Shown: positions 47,574 through 56,219 of the stretch, piece by piece
Position numbering within the stretch: position 1 is the first letter of the stretch
Layout: the number at the start of each line of letters is the position of its first letter
Source of the DNA: Planctomycetota bacterium
GTDB taxonomy: Bacteria > Planctomycetota > Planctomycetia > Pirellulales > UBA7805
DNA: 56,219 nt
Reading direction: 5' to 3'
Assembly (NCBI GenBank): GCA_036337375.1
Contig: JAYZEI010000204.1
Location: 1-56,219 of the forward strand
The notes under the pieces: generated by a model
What the model was told of the DNA's origin: nothing
The model's input: the letters and a program-made list of their open reading frames with translations, nothing else
The model's database searches: none
Position numbers and translations under genes: made by a program

Positions 47574-49253
47574 TTACTCAAACACCGAATTATCCAGCAC
47601 CACCCGGAAGATCGTGCCTTGATATCCGACCAGGAACAATTCACCATCTGCATCGACGCCGAAAGACGACGGTTTTTCGGGCGACATCCCAATCTGGCGA
47701 ATCTCAAGCAGCTTGCGACCGGCTTGCCTGGCCGCCCAAATCTTTTTCGACTCAAAGTCGCTAAAGATATAAGCGCCGTAGTATGATTTGCTTCGCTTGC
47801 CCCGATAAACATAACCGCCCGTGACCGAAACGCCGTGCTTGCGGCGGTATGAAATTACGGGCGGCGTGTACTTTTCGCCTTTCCGCCGGTAGCGATCCGA
47901 GAATCCTTGGAATGCCTCATAGACATTCCAACCGTGATTCTCGCCGACGCGGACGATGGAGACTTCTTCGAACAGGTTCTGGCCGATCTCGCCGACCCAC
48001 ATGTCGCCGGTTACCGAATCCCAACTAAACCGCCAAGGCATGCGAAAACCCGACGCCCAAATTTCTGACCGCACTTTAGTGTCGGCACCACGATAGGGGT
48101 TCGATTTGGGAATCCCGTACGGCAGCTCACCGGTCCGCCGATCGACATCAATCCGCAGAATTTTGCCGACCAACAGACTTAGGTTCTGGCTGTGGCCCTG
48201 GGGGTCTTCCTGCGGACCTGCGTCTCCGGCACCGATGTAGAGGTAGCCATCGGGGCCAAAAGCCAACATGCCGCCCCAGTGCAGGTCGGTGTCCTGCGGA
48301 ATCTGCAGCAAACGACGAGAGCCGACGCCGGCATCGCGGGTAAGATTTTTTGTTGCCTGTCGCTCAATAATCACCGGCGAGAAATGGCTACCCTGATTGC
48401 GGACGTGGTGGTTGATATAGTACTTGCGGTTCTGGCGAAACTGTGGATGAAACGCCAAACACATCACGCCTTCGAACTGACCGGTCGATGCCTCGGCGCT
48501 CAAGTCCAAAAACAGTTCTTTGCGGTCCCGACGCTGACCATCGCCCTCTTCGAACCTCCACACTTTTCGCGTCTTTTGTTCGACGACAAGAAACGCGCGA
48601 TTGGTTCCGGGAACGGCAGTGATCCAGACGGGATGGTCGAAACGCATCTCTTCAGAGTGCAGCGGTTCGAGGTGAATCGTCTTTTTGACCGTCGGGATTT
48701 CCTCAGCAAGTCCCGGATGTCGAATGCCACCGGTACCTTGTTTCAGCGTTGTGAGATATGCGATCAGGTCGGCAAATTGTTCTGCCTTCAGCAATTTAAA
48801 AATCCCACCCGGCATCAGTGAGGTTTTGATTTGTTGTTCATCTTCGATCTCATTGCTCGCAATGCGGACGAGTCGAGCTTCCGCGTCCAGCAACTCCAAT
48901 GCTGAGTCCGTTCGTTTTTGCAGCACGCCGTTTATAACTTTCCCTTCGGTGGTTGTGATGTTGATCGTGGCGAAATCAGGATGAATCGCCGCACTAGGCT
49001 CGAGCACGGCGCGAATCATTTGGTCGCGCGTAAATTTGTCACCGATCACCGCGAGATCGGGACCTGCCTTGCGCTGCTTGCCCGAGACTGCATGACATTT
49101 GGTGCAACCGGACTGCTGTGATTCAAATACCGTTTTGCCACGAGTCGGGTCGCCGGACTTTGCTGCCGCGGCGCGATACCTTGCCAGCACAGCCTTGTCG
49201 TCGTCCTGGGCAGCGACGTTGCTGCAACAACAGATGATCATTATCGGGACCAT
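47574..49253 (-). CDS. Cytochrome c domain fused to a PQQ-dependent (sorbosone/glucose dehydrogenase-like) beta-propeller dehydrogenase
   Basis: Short signal-like N-terminus (MVPIMIICCCSNVAAQ). Heme-binding CTKCH. Propeller region with typical ...GPDGYLYIGAGDAG.../...WASGFRMPWRFSWD... motifs. The start is approximate and should be one of the internal Met codons near 49253. Confidence 0.75.
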   Translation of the reverse strand: MVPIMIICCCSNVAAQDDDKAVLARYRAAAAKSGDPTRGKTVFESQQSGCTKCHAVSGKQRKAGPDLAVIGDKFTRDQMIRAVLEPSAAIHPDFATINITTTEGKVINGVLQKRTDSALELLDAEARLVRIASNEIEDEQQIKTSLMPGGIFKLLKAEQFADLIAYLTTLKQGTGGIRHPGLAEEIPTVKKTIHLEPLHSEEMRFDHPVWITAVPGTNRAFLVVEQKTRKVWRFEEGDGQRRDRKELFLDLSAEASTGQFEGVMCLAFHPQFRQNRKYYINHHVRNQGSHFSPVIIERQATKNLTRDAGVGSRRLLQIPQDTDLHWGGMLAFGPDGYLYIGAGDAGPQEDPQGHSQNLSLLVGKILRIDVDRRTGELPYGIPKSNPYRGADTKVRSEIWASGFRMPWRFSWDSVTGDMWVGEIGQNLFEEVSIVRVGENHGWNVYEAFQGFSDRYRRKGEKYTPPVISYRRKHGVSVTGGYVYRGKRSKSYYGAYIFSDFESKKIWAARQAGRKLLEIRQIGMSPEKPSSFGVDADGELFLVGYQGTIFRVVLDNSVFE

Positions 49254-49336
49254 CTGGCCGGCCCGGATGTTAATGCGAAACATTGTTATGTGCCTCACCA
49301 GAAAGAAGTATTCAAAACGGGCCACATCCACGGCAA

Positions 49337-50296
49337 CTACGCCAAAGCCAGCGTGCCCAGCCCGTAGAACGTGTATTCTACATCGCAGCCCTCGTCCCAC
49401 ACAGCGGCTTGAGAGCCGCCGTCGTCGTGCTGCAGTGACTCGGCGTATTTGCGGATCTCGGGGACGTCCACCATGTCAGCGGCATCGAGATCTTGAAGCG
49501 TCAACAAGCCCGTGAATGTACTGAGCAAGTCGGCGATCGGAATGCGTGTGTTTGCACGGATTCCGCCTTCGTCGGTTTGCATCTCGGCCAAAAAGTCGGC
49601 TGCAGTCTCCCGAACTTCGGCGTTTAGAGCACCAAGAATTTTGAGCGTGCCGACTGCAGCGGCCGTCGGGTTAGTCCCGCTGCGGCTCATCGGCGCAATT
49701 TCAACAAAGCCGCCGTCGTCACGTTGTTGCGACAAGATGAATTCAACCAAGCGGTCCGGCTGCGGCAGCTCAACTCCGATCAATTCGTGGCAAAGCAACA
49801 CTAAAAACGAATGATACGTACTGCTTTTGACGCCTTCCGGACCTTTCGCGTAGCCACCGTCGTCCCGTCGAAACTCCTCCAACGTGGCGGCCACCGAACT
49901 GCGCCAATTGTCCGCGCACCCGCTGAACACTTCGATGCCGGCCGATAACTCTAGCAGCATTCCGGCATAGATTAACGAAAGAAAATCGACGATCGGCGCC
50001 TGACTCGTAAGGCGACTTTTCAGGTACGCGCCGATTCTCTCGGCAACTTCACCGTCCAGTGTGCCCGTCAAAGCCAAACCGCGCGCGGCAAACCCCGTGT
50101 AGTACAGATCACTTCCACCTTCTCGACCTGCAAAACCGCCGTCTGCTTGCTGGCGGGATTTGAAGAACGCCGCATGGCGCTCGCGCCACTGCTCCGGGAT
50201 TCTTTCCAGGCCCGCGGCGAGTCGCAACGTCAGGTCTTCAAGGTAACTCAAAGCTCCAGCCCCAACATCAAAACCCAATGACCGATCGCCCAACAA
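49337..50296 (-). CDS. Prenyltransferase/squalene-oxidase repeat protein (terpenoid cyclase or protein prenyltransferase beta-subunit-like alpha/alpha toroid)
   Basis: Repeated QxxDGGF/DGG motifs: QQADGGFAGREG, RRDDGGYAKGPEG, QQRDDGGFVE, QTDEGGIR and QHDDGGSQ. Confidence 0.6.
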   Translation of the reverse strand: MLGDRSLGFDVGAGALSYLEDLTLRLAAGLERIPEQWRERHAAFFKSRQQADGGFAGREGGSDLYYTGFAARGLALTGTLDGEVAERIGAYLKSRLTSQAPIVDFLSLIYAGMLLELSAGIEVFSGCADNWRSSVAATLEEFRRDDGGYAKGPEGVKSSTYHSFLVLLCHELIGVELPQPDRLVEFILSQQRDDGGFVEIAPMSRSGTNPTAAAVGTLKILGALNAEVRETAADFLAEMQTDEGGIRANTRIPIADLLSTFTGLLTLQDLDAADMVDVPEIRKYAESLQHDDGGSQAAVWDEGCDVEYTFYGLGTLALA

Positions 50297-50333
50297 TCGA
50301 TTGTCCGCCGTTCCATCGGTCCGTGCCGCCCGA

Positions 50334-50756
50334 TCATTGGGATTTAAACTGTTCTAGCTTCGACCTAATGTCCGGCGGTATGGGCATCGCTGCGGGTTTC
50401 GCACCATCAGCCAGGCGGCAACACACCGCTGTGACCTTTCCCCTCGCGATCGGCCTATCGTCTTTGGTGAAATCAAACAAATACTTCACGCTGGACGTGC
50501 CGACCCTCTCGACGGCGAGATCAACCGAAACCACGTCGCCGAACCGCAACGGCGCGGAGTATTCGCAATTGACCGAGACACGAGGAAAGCTGAACCGGCC
50601 CTGTTCATCCTGCATCACAACGCTCAGATCCAACTCGCGCAGCAGCGCGTGCTCAGCTTCTTCCATGTAGTTGAAGAACACGGAAAAATGCACGATACCC
50701 GCCGCATCGGTGTCGCGGAATTCAACGCGGCGTTGAAAACGATAGGGACCCGTCAT
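50334..50756 (-). CDS. Acyl-CoA thioesterase, hotdog fold (YbgC/4HBT family)
   Basis: RVEFRDTDAAGIVHFSVFFNYMEEAEH (catalytic Asp plus the HF motif). Length 140 aa. Confidence 0.8.
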   Translation of the reverse strand: MTGPYRFQRRVEFRDTDAAGIVHFSVFFNYMEEAEHALLRELDLSVVMQDEQGRFSFPRVSVNCEYSAPLRFGDVVSVDLAVERVGTSSVKYLFDFTKDDRPIARGKVTAVCCRLADGAKPAAMPIPPDIRSKLEQFKSQ

Positions 50757-50765
50757 CGCGTATGC

Positions 50766-51662
50766 CTATTGCTCGCCCTCTGTTTCCGTATTGATCAAAT
50801 CCGAATCAAAAGTCTGGGATCCGCCGTCGGCGGGCAAGACGATCCGGTAGCGGATCATCACCCGCTCGGCGTCGGCAGGCACGTCTAAATGAGCGCCGGC
50901 GTAGTGCGCCGGCTCTTCTGCGGACTCCTCTTCATATTCTGTCTTTGCTTCGGTCGCGAGCACCTCCATGCCATCCTCGGCGAGCAGGCTGACGAACACT
51001 TCGGCATCGGCAACCGGTTTCCCGTCCAGCACGATGCTGACGGCGGGTTCCAACTCTTCGCCGGCGTGGATCACAAACCCGTGCTGTCCCAACTCGATCT
51101 TACAACCGCCCAGCTCAATATCTGTCTGCCGATAGACCAAGGCATCGTCCTCGCTGTGCGCATGCCCGTGGCCGCCATGATCGTGCCCTTCATATTCGCC
51201 CGTCTTCAGCTTGCCGTCGAACGACACGTGCAACTTGGCGGAATTCAGTTCCGCATCCTTGACTGCCAAGTACAGTTCTTCGTCTTCGATTTCAAACCTC
51301 GACGTCTTTCCCTCCGGATCGTCTTTCAGCGGCACAGGCTCAAGTTCGAAATCGTGATCGGCTTCGTGTAGCACCAGGTGAAGCTCGGCGGTTTTGCGGT
51401 CCACCATGACGGCGCCCTTTGCCTCGCCGTCGAGCATGTAAATTATAACTTTCCCCGGAGACTTGTCGGCGACCGCCTCCGCGTGATACTTACCGTCATC
51501 GAAAGCAAACAGTTCTCCATCGTGCGGGCCATGGTGCGGATGGTCGTGAACGTGCTTAGATGTTTGTTCGGGTTGCACGCCGGTACGGGTGCCGGAGGGA
51601 CAACCCACCAACCACGGCAGGCAGGCTATCAAAAACGCACCGGCTGTTTTTCGTAAATCCAT
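50766..51662 (-). CDS. His-rich lipoprotein of unknown function
   Basis: Signal peptide with a lipobox (LPWLVGC). His clusters are HVHDHPHHGPHDGE and EGHDHGGHGHAHSED. The rest is acidic. Confidence 0.5.
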   Translation of the reverse strand: MDLRKTAGAFLIACLPWLVGCPSGTRTGVQPEQTSKHVHDHPHHGPHDGELFAFDDGKYHAEAVADKSPGKVIIYMLDGEAKGAVMVDRKTAELHLVLHEADHDFELEPVPLKDDPEGKTSRFEIEDEELYLAVKDAELNSAKLHVSFDGKLKTGEYEGHDHGGHGHAHSEDDALVYRQTDIELGGCKIELGQHGFVIHAGEELEPAVSIVLDGKPVADAEVFVSLLAEDGMEVLATEAKTEYEEESAEEPAHYAGAHLDVPADAERVMIRYRIVLPADGGSQTFDSDLINTETEGEQ

Positions 51663-51839
51663 TTTTTCGATCCTTACAAGGTTTCAGATTCGACGTGCCG
51701 AAACATCGGCGCGACAGCATCATTTGCAGATTGCCACCAACACCGGGGACGTTCGTCAAAGATTAAGCTGCGCCCCTTGCCGATACTTCAGATCGCGATT
51801 TTATCCCAAACAGTGTTACTACTGAAATGCGTCTTCCTC

Positions 51840-53006
51840 CTAAAAGGAACCAATCGTCGTGCGGAACCACTCCATTTCCTCAGCGATTCCCTCGGCCAGC
51901 TCATCTTTTTGAAGCGATTGCGGCAAGACGCTCCAGGCGTAGGTTTCAACTTCGTAATGTGTCAAATCCGGCATGGCAGCCGCCGCCTGAAGGCAATCGG
52001 CTACTTGCGATTGTGACGTTTCGAGAAAGCCAAACCTGTCGAGATAGACCGGCACGTGGAAATGAATCCGCCACTCGTCGGTCAGCACCGCCGGGTCTTC
52101 AACGGCGGCCAACGCCGTCGGCAGATCTTCCCAAAACCTCGGCTGCCCGCCGCTTGAACGTGTGCATGTCTGGTGCAGGTAGCGATCTTCGGCAAAACCT
52201 GAAAGTTGCTCGACGGCGGCAGACCGGTCACTCGGCGCGATTCTCTCGAACGGCACAACCACCGCCGAACTGACTTGGACTTTGCCGACGGCTATTCCAG
52301 CCGACTTGTACGCCCGCAGCACATCGGCTTGCTCCTCGAACATTACGGCAGCGTGACAAACATCGTGGCAGACGCGAAGATGGCGGCGAATACGATCTTC
52401 GTCACCGCCCGGCAAAAGATGGTCCTCAAATAGCCGCACCACGTCGTCGCTGACCTGCAACACACAGCCGGGTTCCGGTTCCAGACAAAGGTGGATCAAC
52501 CGGCCGGTCTCCTGTTCAAGTTGCCATAAGCGATCCGCGACCTCACGAAGTTTGGCGGCCGCCATATCCAGTTGACTGCCCGAGGCTGCGGGCTTGCCCC
52601 ACGCGATCGGCAGTGTCGAGATACTGCCCTCCATCTCAGCGGGCAGCAGCGCGTGCTGAATTTGAATCAAATTTAAAGTGTAGTCGAAACGTTCTTGATC
52701 CCACCAAGTCGGCAAATAAACATCGTGTTTTACGACATCACTATGAAAATCGCCGTAGGGGAATCCATTGAACGTGAACGGCGTGAGTCCAATTTCAGCT
52801 AACCAATCGCACACTTGAGATAACTCGCCGCCGTCCAGCAACTGGGCCGCAGCCGGTGCCGCCAGCCACAACCCCACCCCCATCGGGACGTCGGGACTGA
52901 ATCGCCGCTTTACGGCCCGCGCGTGACGTTGGAGATTCGCTTTGGTTTGCGCCAGATCCGTACCGGCGTGGACGTTGGTGCAGTACCCTATTCGTAATAC
53001 ACTCAT
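51840..53006 (-). CDS. Probable TIM-barrel (xylose-isomerase-like/EboE-like) family protein. The assignment is tentative.
   Basis: Start moved to the ATG at 53006 (MSVLRIGYCTNVHAG...). The family call rests only on a remembered pattern, so it is low confidence. Confidence 0.35.
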   Translation of the reverse strand: MSVLRIGYCTNVHAGTDLAQTKANLQRHARAVKRRFSPDVPMGVGLWLAAPAAAQLLDGGELSQVCDWLAEIGLTPFTFNGFPYGDFHSDVVKHDVYLPTWWDQERFDYTLNLIQIQHALLPAEMEGSISTLPIAWGKPAASGSQLDMAAAKLREVADRLWQLEQETGRLIHLCLEPEPGCVLQVSDDVVRLFEDHLLPGGDEDRIRRHLRVCHDVCHAAVMFEEQADVLRAYKSAGIAVGKVQVSSAVVVPFERIAPSDRSAAVEQLSGFAEDRYLHQTCTRSSGGQPRFWEDLPTALAAVEDPAVLTDEWRIHFHVPVYLDRFGFLETSQSQVADCLQAAAAMPDLTHYEVETYAWSVLPQSLQKDELAEGIAEEMEWFRTTIGSF

Positions 53007-53107
53007 GCCGCCAACATAACGCGCCGACGCGCTAAAAAAAAAGAAGCCCGGCTTTTTTCTTGGCCGAGCTTCGAGATCGCTGTCACCGAGGTCGTTCAGC
53101 AGAGCGA

Positions 53108-53416
53108 CTAATCGCCGACGTACGACATCAAAGCCATAAACCGCGCCCGCTTGACGGCCTGTGAGACGGCATGTTGACTGACTGCACCGCAACCGCTTTT
53201 GCGGCGGCCAACGATACGACCGTGGCGGTTTGTCAAATTGCCGAGCAGTTCGATATCCTTGTAGTCGATGTACAGAGGCCGAGGCCGCTCGCCGTCAGTG
53301 AGGATCGGATCCTTCTTTTTCGCTTTTTGCTTATTCTTTGTCCGGCGGTTGCGCCGCGACGCTTGTCCCGATCTTTGTCCGGATTTTTGTGCGGAGCCTG
53401 GTCCTGGTCTGGGCAT
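53108..53416 (-). CDS. rpsR: 30S ribosomal protein bS18 with a basic N-terminal extension
   Basis: Core IDYKDIELLGNLTNRHGRIVGRRKSGCGAVSQHAVSQAVKRARFMALMSY matches bS18. It is preceded by about 45 Arg/Lys-rich residues. Confidence 0.85.
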   Translation of the reverse strand: MPRPGPGSAQKSGQRSGQASRRNRRTKNKQKAKKKDPILTDGERPRPLYIDYKDIELLGNLTNRHGRIVGRRKSGCGAVSQHAVSQAVKRARFMALMSYVGD

Positions 53417-53549
53417 CGTTTTCCTGAATCGCCTGCTGGTGTAACTGGTTTCGAACCGCGTGCCTGATTATGAGCAATGCAGCCGTCTGCCACAAGGCGC
53501 CTTCGGCGACCACAGCAAGGTTTAGGCTCACCTATACAGGCCGGCACGC

Positions 53550-55277
53550 TTACGGAAAGAACTTGTCGATCGTCTCCCTGGACGGTGGCGGCGTCAACAG
53601 GGAAACAGCGATCATCGCCACAGCGCCGGCCGCAAAGCAAATCGCCACCGGCATGACGCCACCGGCCACCGTGTACTCGCCTCCGTAGCCGGAAGCCTGA
53701 AAGAAGTAAAACCAGGTGGCCATGGTGGCGATAATCGAAGCGTAAGCGCCGGCCTTGGTGGCCCTTCGCCAGTAAAGTGCGGCGATCACAACGGGCGTCA
53801 GAGCAGCAAATCCCGTGAAACACCATACGGCCAAATCAAACACGTTGGCGCTCATTGCGAGCATCGCCAGTACATACGTCAGCACAACAATTCCAATTGT
53901 GAACAGCCTTGCCATCCAGACAATTTGCCGGTCGCTGTATTTATCCTCGCCGGCGATGTGCAAAACGATATCGTTCGTGAAGATCGTACCCATGCAGTGA
54001 AACTGTGAATCGAGCGACGACATGATGGCGGCCAAGATTCCGGCCGTTAACAGCCCGATGAGAATCGGATTGCCGACCAATATCTTCAACATCACACTGA
54101 GAACCGCGGCCGGTGGGATGCCGCTGGGTAAAAGCCCCGATGCCCACGAGCCGATCAACACACACGGCACCCACACGATCATGATGCACAGCGGATGTGC
54201 GATCAGGGTTAATCGGAATGTCTTTGCACTTTTTGCCGTTAACCAATGTTGGAACAGATGCGGGAACATGCCGACGCTGAGCGGAATGAACATGTAGGTG
54301 AGAAACATCAGTGGCGGGATCCCATATTCTCGCTCCCACGTAACGGGCTTCCCATCTTTGCCCATCACAGGCTTTTTGGCTTTTCGATCAATTTTTTTGT
54401 AGGTTGCCGTTGCGACCGTGCGCTGCAAATGTGGTTGCTCAGGAACCTTTTTTAAATCGGCGTCGCCCACTTTTCCGTGCCCGCCGCCGGGGCGAATCTT
54501 GCCGATGATCTTCGGTGGATCATTCTCCACGAGTTGCCCGGCTATTGGATCGTACTTGTGTGTCTGCACGATTTGATTGCCGTCGTCCACGCGCATCGCA
54601 ACCTTTGCCGCATTTTCCAGACCGCCGAGACTGTTTGAGATAAATAGAAATGCCACTAGGCCCATAACCATAAATACGATCGTCTGAAACGTGTTCGCCC
54701 AAGCCGCTGCCCGCGAGCCGCCGGCGAACACGTACATCAGGACAATCACACAGACAACGAGTCCACTAAGCCACTCTGGAATGCCGCCATTGGTGCTTTC
54801 AAAAAGGACCGGAAACGCGCCAGCGGTAACCGGCAAAATCGTTTTGCCGGCGCCGATAACACCGATCAATAAGTAAGGAATGACCAACCCGACGAGAATT
54901 GGAAACAAAACGTAGCCAAGCGCATTGGACTCAAACCGAGCACGGAAGTACTGAATCTGCGTGACGTAGCCGTACTTCTTGCCGAACACCCACAATCGAA
55001 TTCCGATCAGGAAAAAACAGGCCGCATGAATCAGCGCCGAAGATGAGGCCATCAGTCCGTAAACGCCAATGCCGCGTTCGAACGACTTGCCGGTCGAACC
55101 AACCAGCGCGAAAGCTGTCATCGTCGTACCAAAGACGCTCATCAACAGTAGAAACGGACCGATCGAATGACTGGCGACAAAATAATCTTTGCTGGTCCCG
55201 CGGAAAAATCGGCTGCTGAACAGTCCCAATGCCAACAGCAGGAACAAATAGCAAATGATGACGATGAGTGGAGTCAT
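53550..55277 (-). CDS. Sodium:solute symporter (SSS) family transporter
   Basis: 13-14 TM helices with the SSS pattern. The N-terminal region is ...SSRFFRGTSKDYFVASHSIGPF.... Length 575 aa. Confidence 0.8.
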   Translation of the reverse strand: MTPLIVIICYLFLLLALGLFSSRFFRGTSKDYFVASHSIGPFLLLMSVFGTTMTAFALVGSTGKSFERGIGVYGLMASSSALIHAACFFLIGIRLWVFGKKYGYVTQIQYFRARFESNALGYVLFPILVGLVIPYLLIGVIGAGKTILPVTAGAFPVLFESTNGGIPEWLSGLVVCVIVLMYVFAGGSRAAAWANTFQTIVFMVMGLVAFLFISNSLGGLENAAKVAMRVDDGNQIVQTHKYDPIAGQLVENDPPKIIGKIRPGGGHGKVGDADLKKVPEQPHLQRTVATATYKKIDRKAKKPVMGKDGKPVTWEREYGIPPLMFLTYMFIPLSVGMFPHLFQHWLTAKSAKTFRLTLIAHPLCIMIVWVPCVLIGSWASGLLPSGIPPAAVLSVMLKILVGNPILIGLLTAGILAAIMSSLDSQFHCMGTIFTNDIVLHIAGEDKYSDRQIVWMARLFTIGIVVLTYVLAMLAMSANVFDLAVWCFTGFAALTPVVIAALYWRRATKAGAYASIIATMATWFYFFQASGYGGEYTVAGGVMPVAICFAAGAVAMIAVSLLTPPPSRETIDKFFP

Positions 55278-55327
55278 TTTTTTGAATTGCCTGCGGAAAG
55301 GTTATGTGTAGGACGTAGGCGGGCGGT

Positions 55328-55585
55328 TCAAGTGTTTTCGTTGCCGGTGTCCTCGGCCATTACTTCCAGATGCACCGGCCACGCGATCTTGATTGCCAAC
55401 GCCCACAGGCAGGCAGCGAGGATCGAAAACAGCGCGTGGTAAGCCAGCGTGATTGGCAGGAAACCAAAGACGAGTGTGCTGCTGTCCCACCACCAAAAAT
55501 CCTGATGCAGAACCGCCATGGCAATTGCCAAAACGATAACCAGGTTGCGACCGGACGCGGATTGTGCCCGTGGTTGATTGGACAT
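55328..55585 (-). CDS. Small two-TM membrane protein (DUF3311-like accessory subunit of SSS transporters)
   Basis: MSNQPRAQSASGRNLVIVLAIAMAVLHQDFWWWDSSTLVFGFLPITLAYHALFSILAACLWALAIKIAW. It sits immediately upstream of the SSS gene on the same strand, which is the usual arrangement for DUF3311. Confidence 0.6.
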   Translation of the reverse strand: MSNQPRAQSASGRNLVIVLAIAMAVLHQDFWWWDSSTLVFGFLPITLAYHALFSILAACLWALAIKIAWPVHLEVMAEDTGNENT

Positions 55586-55676
55586 CGATCGAAATCTCCG
55601 GCAGCGAGCGTGGACGGCAAAGCGTGCAGTGTAGCGAATGCGTTGGACGAGAGGCAGGGAGCACGCAGCAGGGCGG

Positions 55677-56219
55677 CTACTCACCGCGTTCCTTGCCACT
55701 TACCTCAGACAGCACCGGGTCCATGTCCTCAAAGATGTTTCCTGCCTCCGGATAAAAGATGCGTCCGATCAGCAGGTCCACCAGATTGCCCACGTGCTGG
55801 GGGTGCGTCTTGGTGAACTGTCCGAAACTAAAGTCGCGGGTGTAAAACGCGGCTACCAGCTTACGAATCAGTTCGACACCTTGATCGAACTCGGCTGCCC
55901 ACCGCCCAAGCTGTTTTGCGGACACGTCGCCGCTGCGCAGCCCCTCCACAACACTGTCGGCGGCCAGTTCCCCCGACTTTAGCGCCAGAAACACGCCGGA
56001 CGAATAAATCGGATCGACAAAACCGAGTGCATCACCGGTAAGCACCCAGCCATCGCCCGCCGGTTGCTCGGCTCGATACGAAAATTCTCTGGCGACGTGC
56101 GTGTCTTCGTCCGCACGTCGAGCGTTCGTCATCCGCTGCAGCAGGGCAGGGCACTTGGCGAGTTCTTCATCAAAAATCTCCGCCGCCGTACCGCGTCCGC
56201 GCAACAGATAATCGGTATC
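55677..56219 (-). CDS. FAD-dependent oxidoreductase (geranylgeranyl-reductase/flavin-halogenase-like), C-terminal part (N-terminus lies beyond the window end)
   Basis: ...GDALGFVDPIYSSGVFLALKSGELAA... is the conserved GDAxxxxDPxxSxG motif of this flavoprotein class. The frame is open to the window edge. The ORF-track 'M' at 56204 is a TTG, so the true start is outside the window. Confidence 0.65.
   Translation of the reverse strand, partial: DTDYLLRGRGTAAEIFDEELAKCPALLQRMTNARRADEDTHVAREFSYRAEQPAGDGWVLTGDALGFVDPIYSSGVFLALKSGELAADSVVEGLRSGDVSAKQLGRWAAEFDQGVELIRKLVAAFYTRDFSFGQFTKTHPQHVGNLVDLLIGRIFYPEAGNIFEDMDPVLSEVSGKERGE

Noticed and set aside
53417-53549. tRNA-like fragment 'ggtttcgaacc' upstream of rpsR
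   Set aside because: It resembles a T-loop only superficially. No acceptor or anticodon stem partners can be drawn around it.
1-56219. CRISPR arrays, integrases/transposases and other mobile elements
   Set aside because: Scanning intergenic regions showed no spaced direct repeats other than the single 14-nt x4 tandem. No ORFs carried transposase or integrase motifs.

Overview
This is a 56.2-kb, high-GC chromosomal segment that is almost certainly from a Planctomycetota (Pirellulales-like) genome. Three observations point that way: multiple truncated Hsp70 paralogs, a cytochrome-c/PQQ-dehydrogenase fusion, and many Gfo/Idh/MocA oxidoreductases. No rRNA, tRNA, CRISPR array or transposase/integrase was found.

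The contents read as a series of functional blocks:

- **Glycan synthesis and decoration locus (1-10074).** It holds a radical SAM enzyme (cut by the window edge), a Gfo/Idh/MocA oxidoreductase, a GT2, a sulfotransferase, two tandem paralogous SAM methyltransferases, a GtrB-like polyprenyl-phosphate glycosyltransferase followed by a GT-C-type membrane protein, a GT4 and a GT9 heptosyltransferase-like enzyme.
- **Two tandem BON-domain paralogs and a stand-alone APS kinase (cysC) (10117-11687).** cysC supplies PAPS that the sulfotransferase in the glycan locus could use.
- **Metal (zinc) homeostasis island (11778-14122).** A ZIP transporter, a perfect inverted repeat in the divergent intergenic region, an ArsR/SmtB regulator, an internally repeated His-rich protein, and a Fur/Zur-family regulator.
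- **Housekeeping genes.** An acyl-CoA dehydrogenase-like protein, glgP, a DEAD-box helicase and an Hsp70 paralog.
- **NAD salvage regulon (21757-26724).** pncB, nadE, an NrtR-type Nudix regulator and pncA, with a perfect 8-3-8 palindrome immediately upstream of pncB.
- **Most unusual block (26865-35163, minus strand).** An NfeD/YqiJ-like membrane protein, a 695-aa flotillin (SPFH) protein and a giant 1811-aa protein. The giant protein has a beta-rich N-terminal domain, a very long coiled coil and a dynein/MoxR-type (AAA_5-like) ATPase core, and it matches no family I can name.
- **Remaining genes.**
  - Nucleic-acid and chaperone genes: a single-HKD PLD-family nuclease, a membrane-anchored Hsp70 paralog and a DinG/XPD-family Fe-S helicase.
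  - The thiSG block: an RDD-family protein, thiS-thiG, and two paralogous secreted proteins of unknown function.
  - A 14-nt x4 tandem repeat in the intergenic region upstream of the second secreted paralog.
  - Oxidoreductases and lipid-related genes: two Gfo/Idh/MocA oxidoreductases, an orphan LolD-like ABC ATPase, a cytochrome c-PQQ dehydrogenase fusion, a prenyltransferase/squalene-oxidase-repeat protein, a hotdog thioesterase, a His-rich lipoprotein and a TIM-barrel protein.
  - Translation and transport genes: ribosomal protein bS18, a sodium:solute symporter with its DUF3311 small subunit, and a FAD-dependent oxidoreductase truncated at the window edge.

Note that the ORF-track coordinates include the stop codon. 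Where start codons were adjusted, I used the ORF track plus hand-checking of the sequence.
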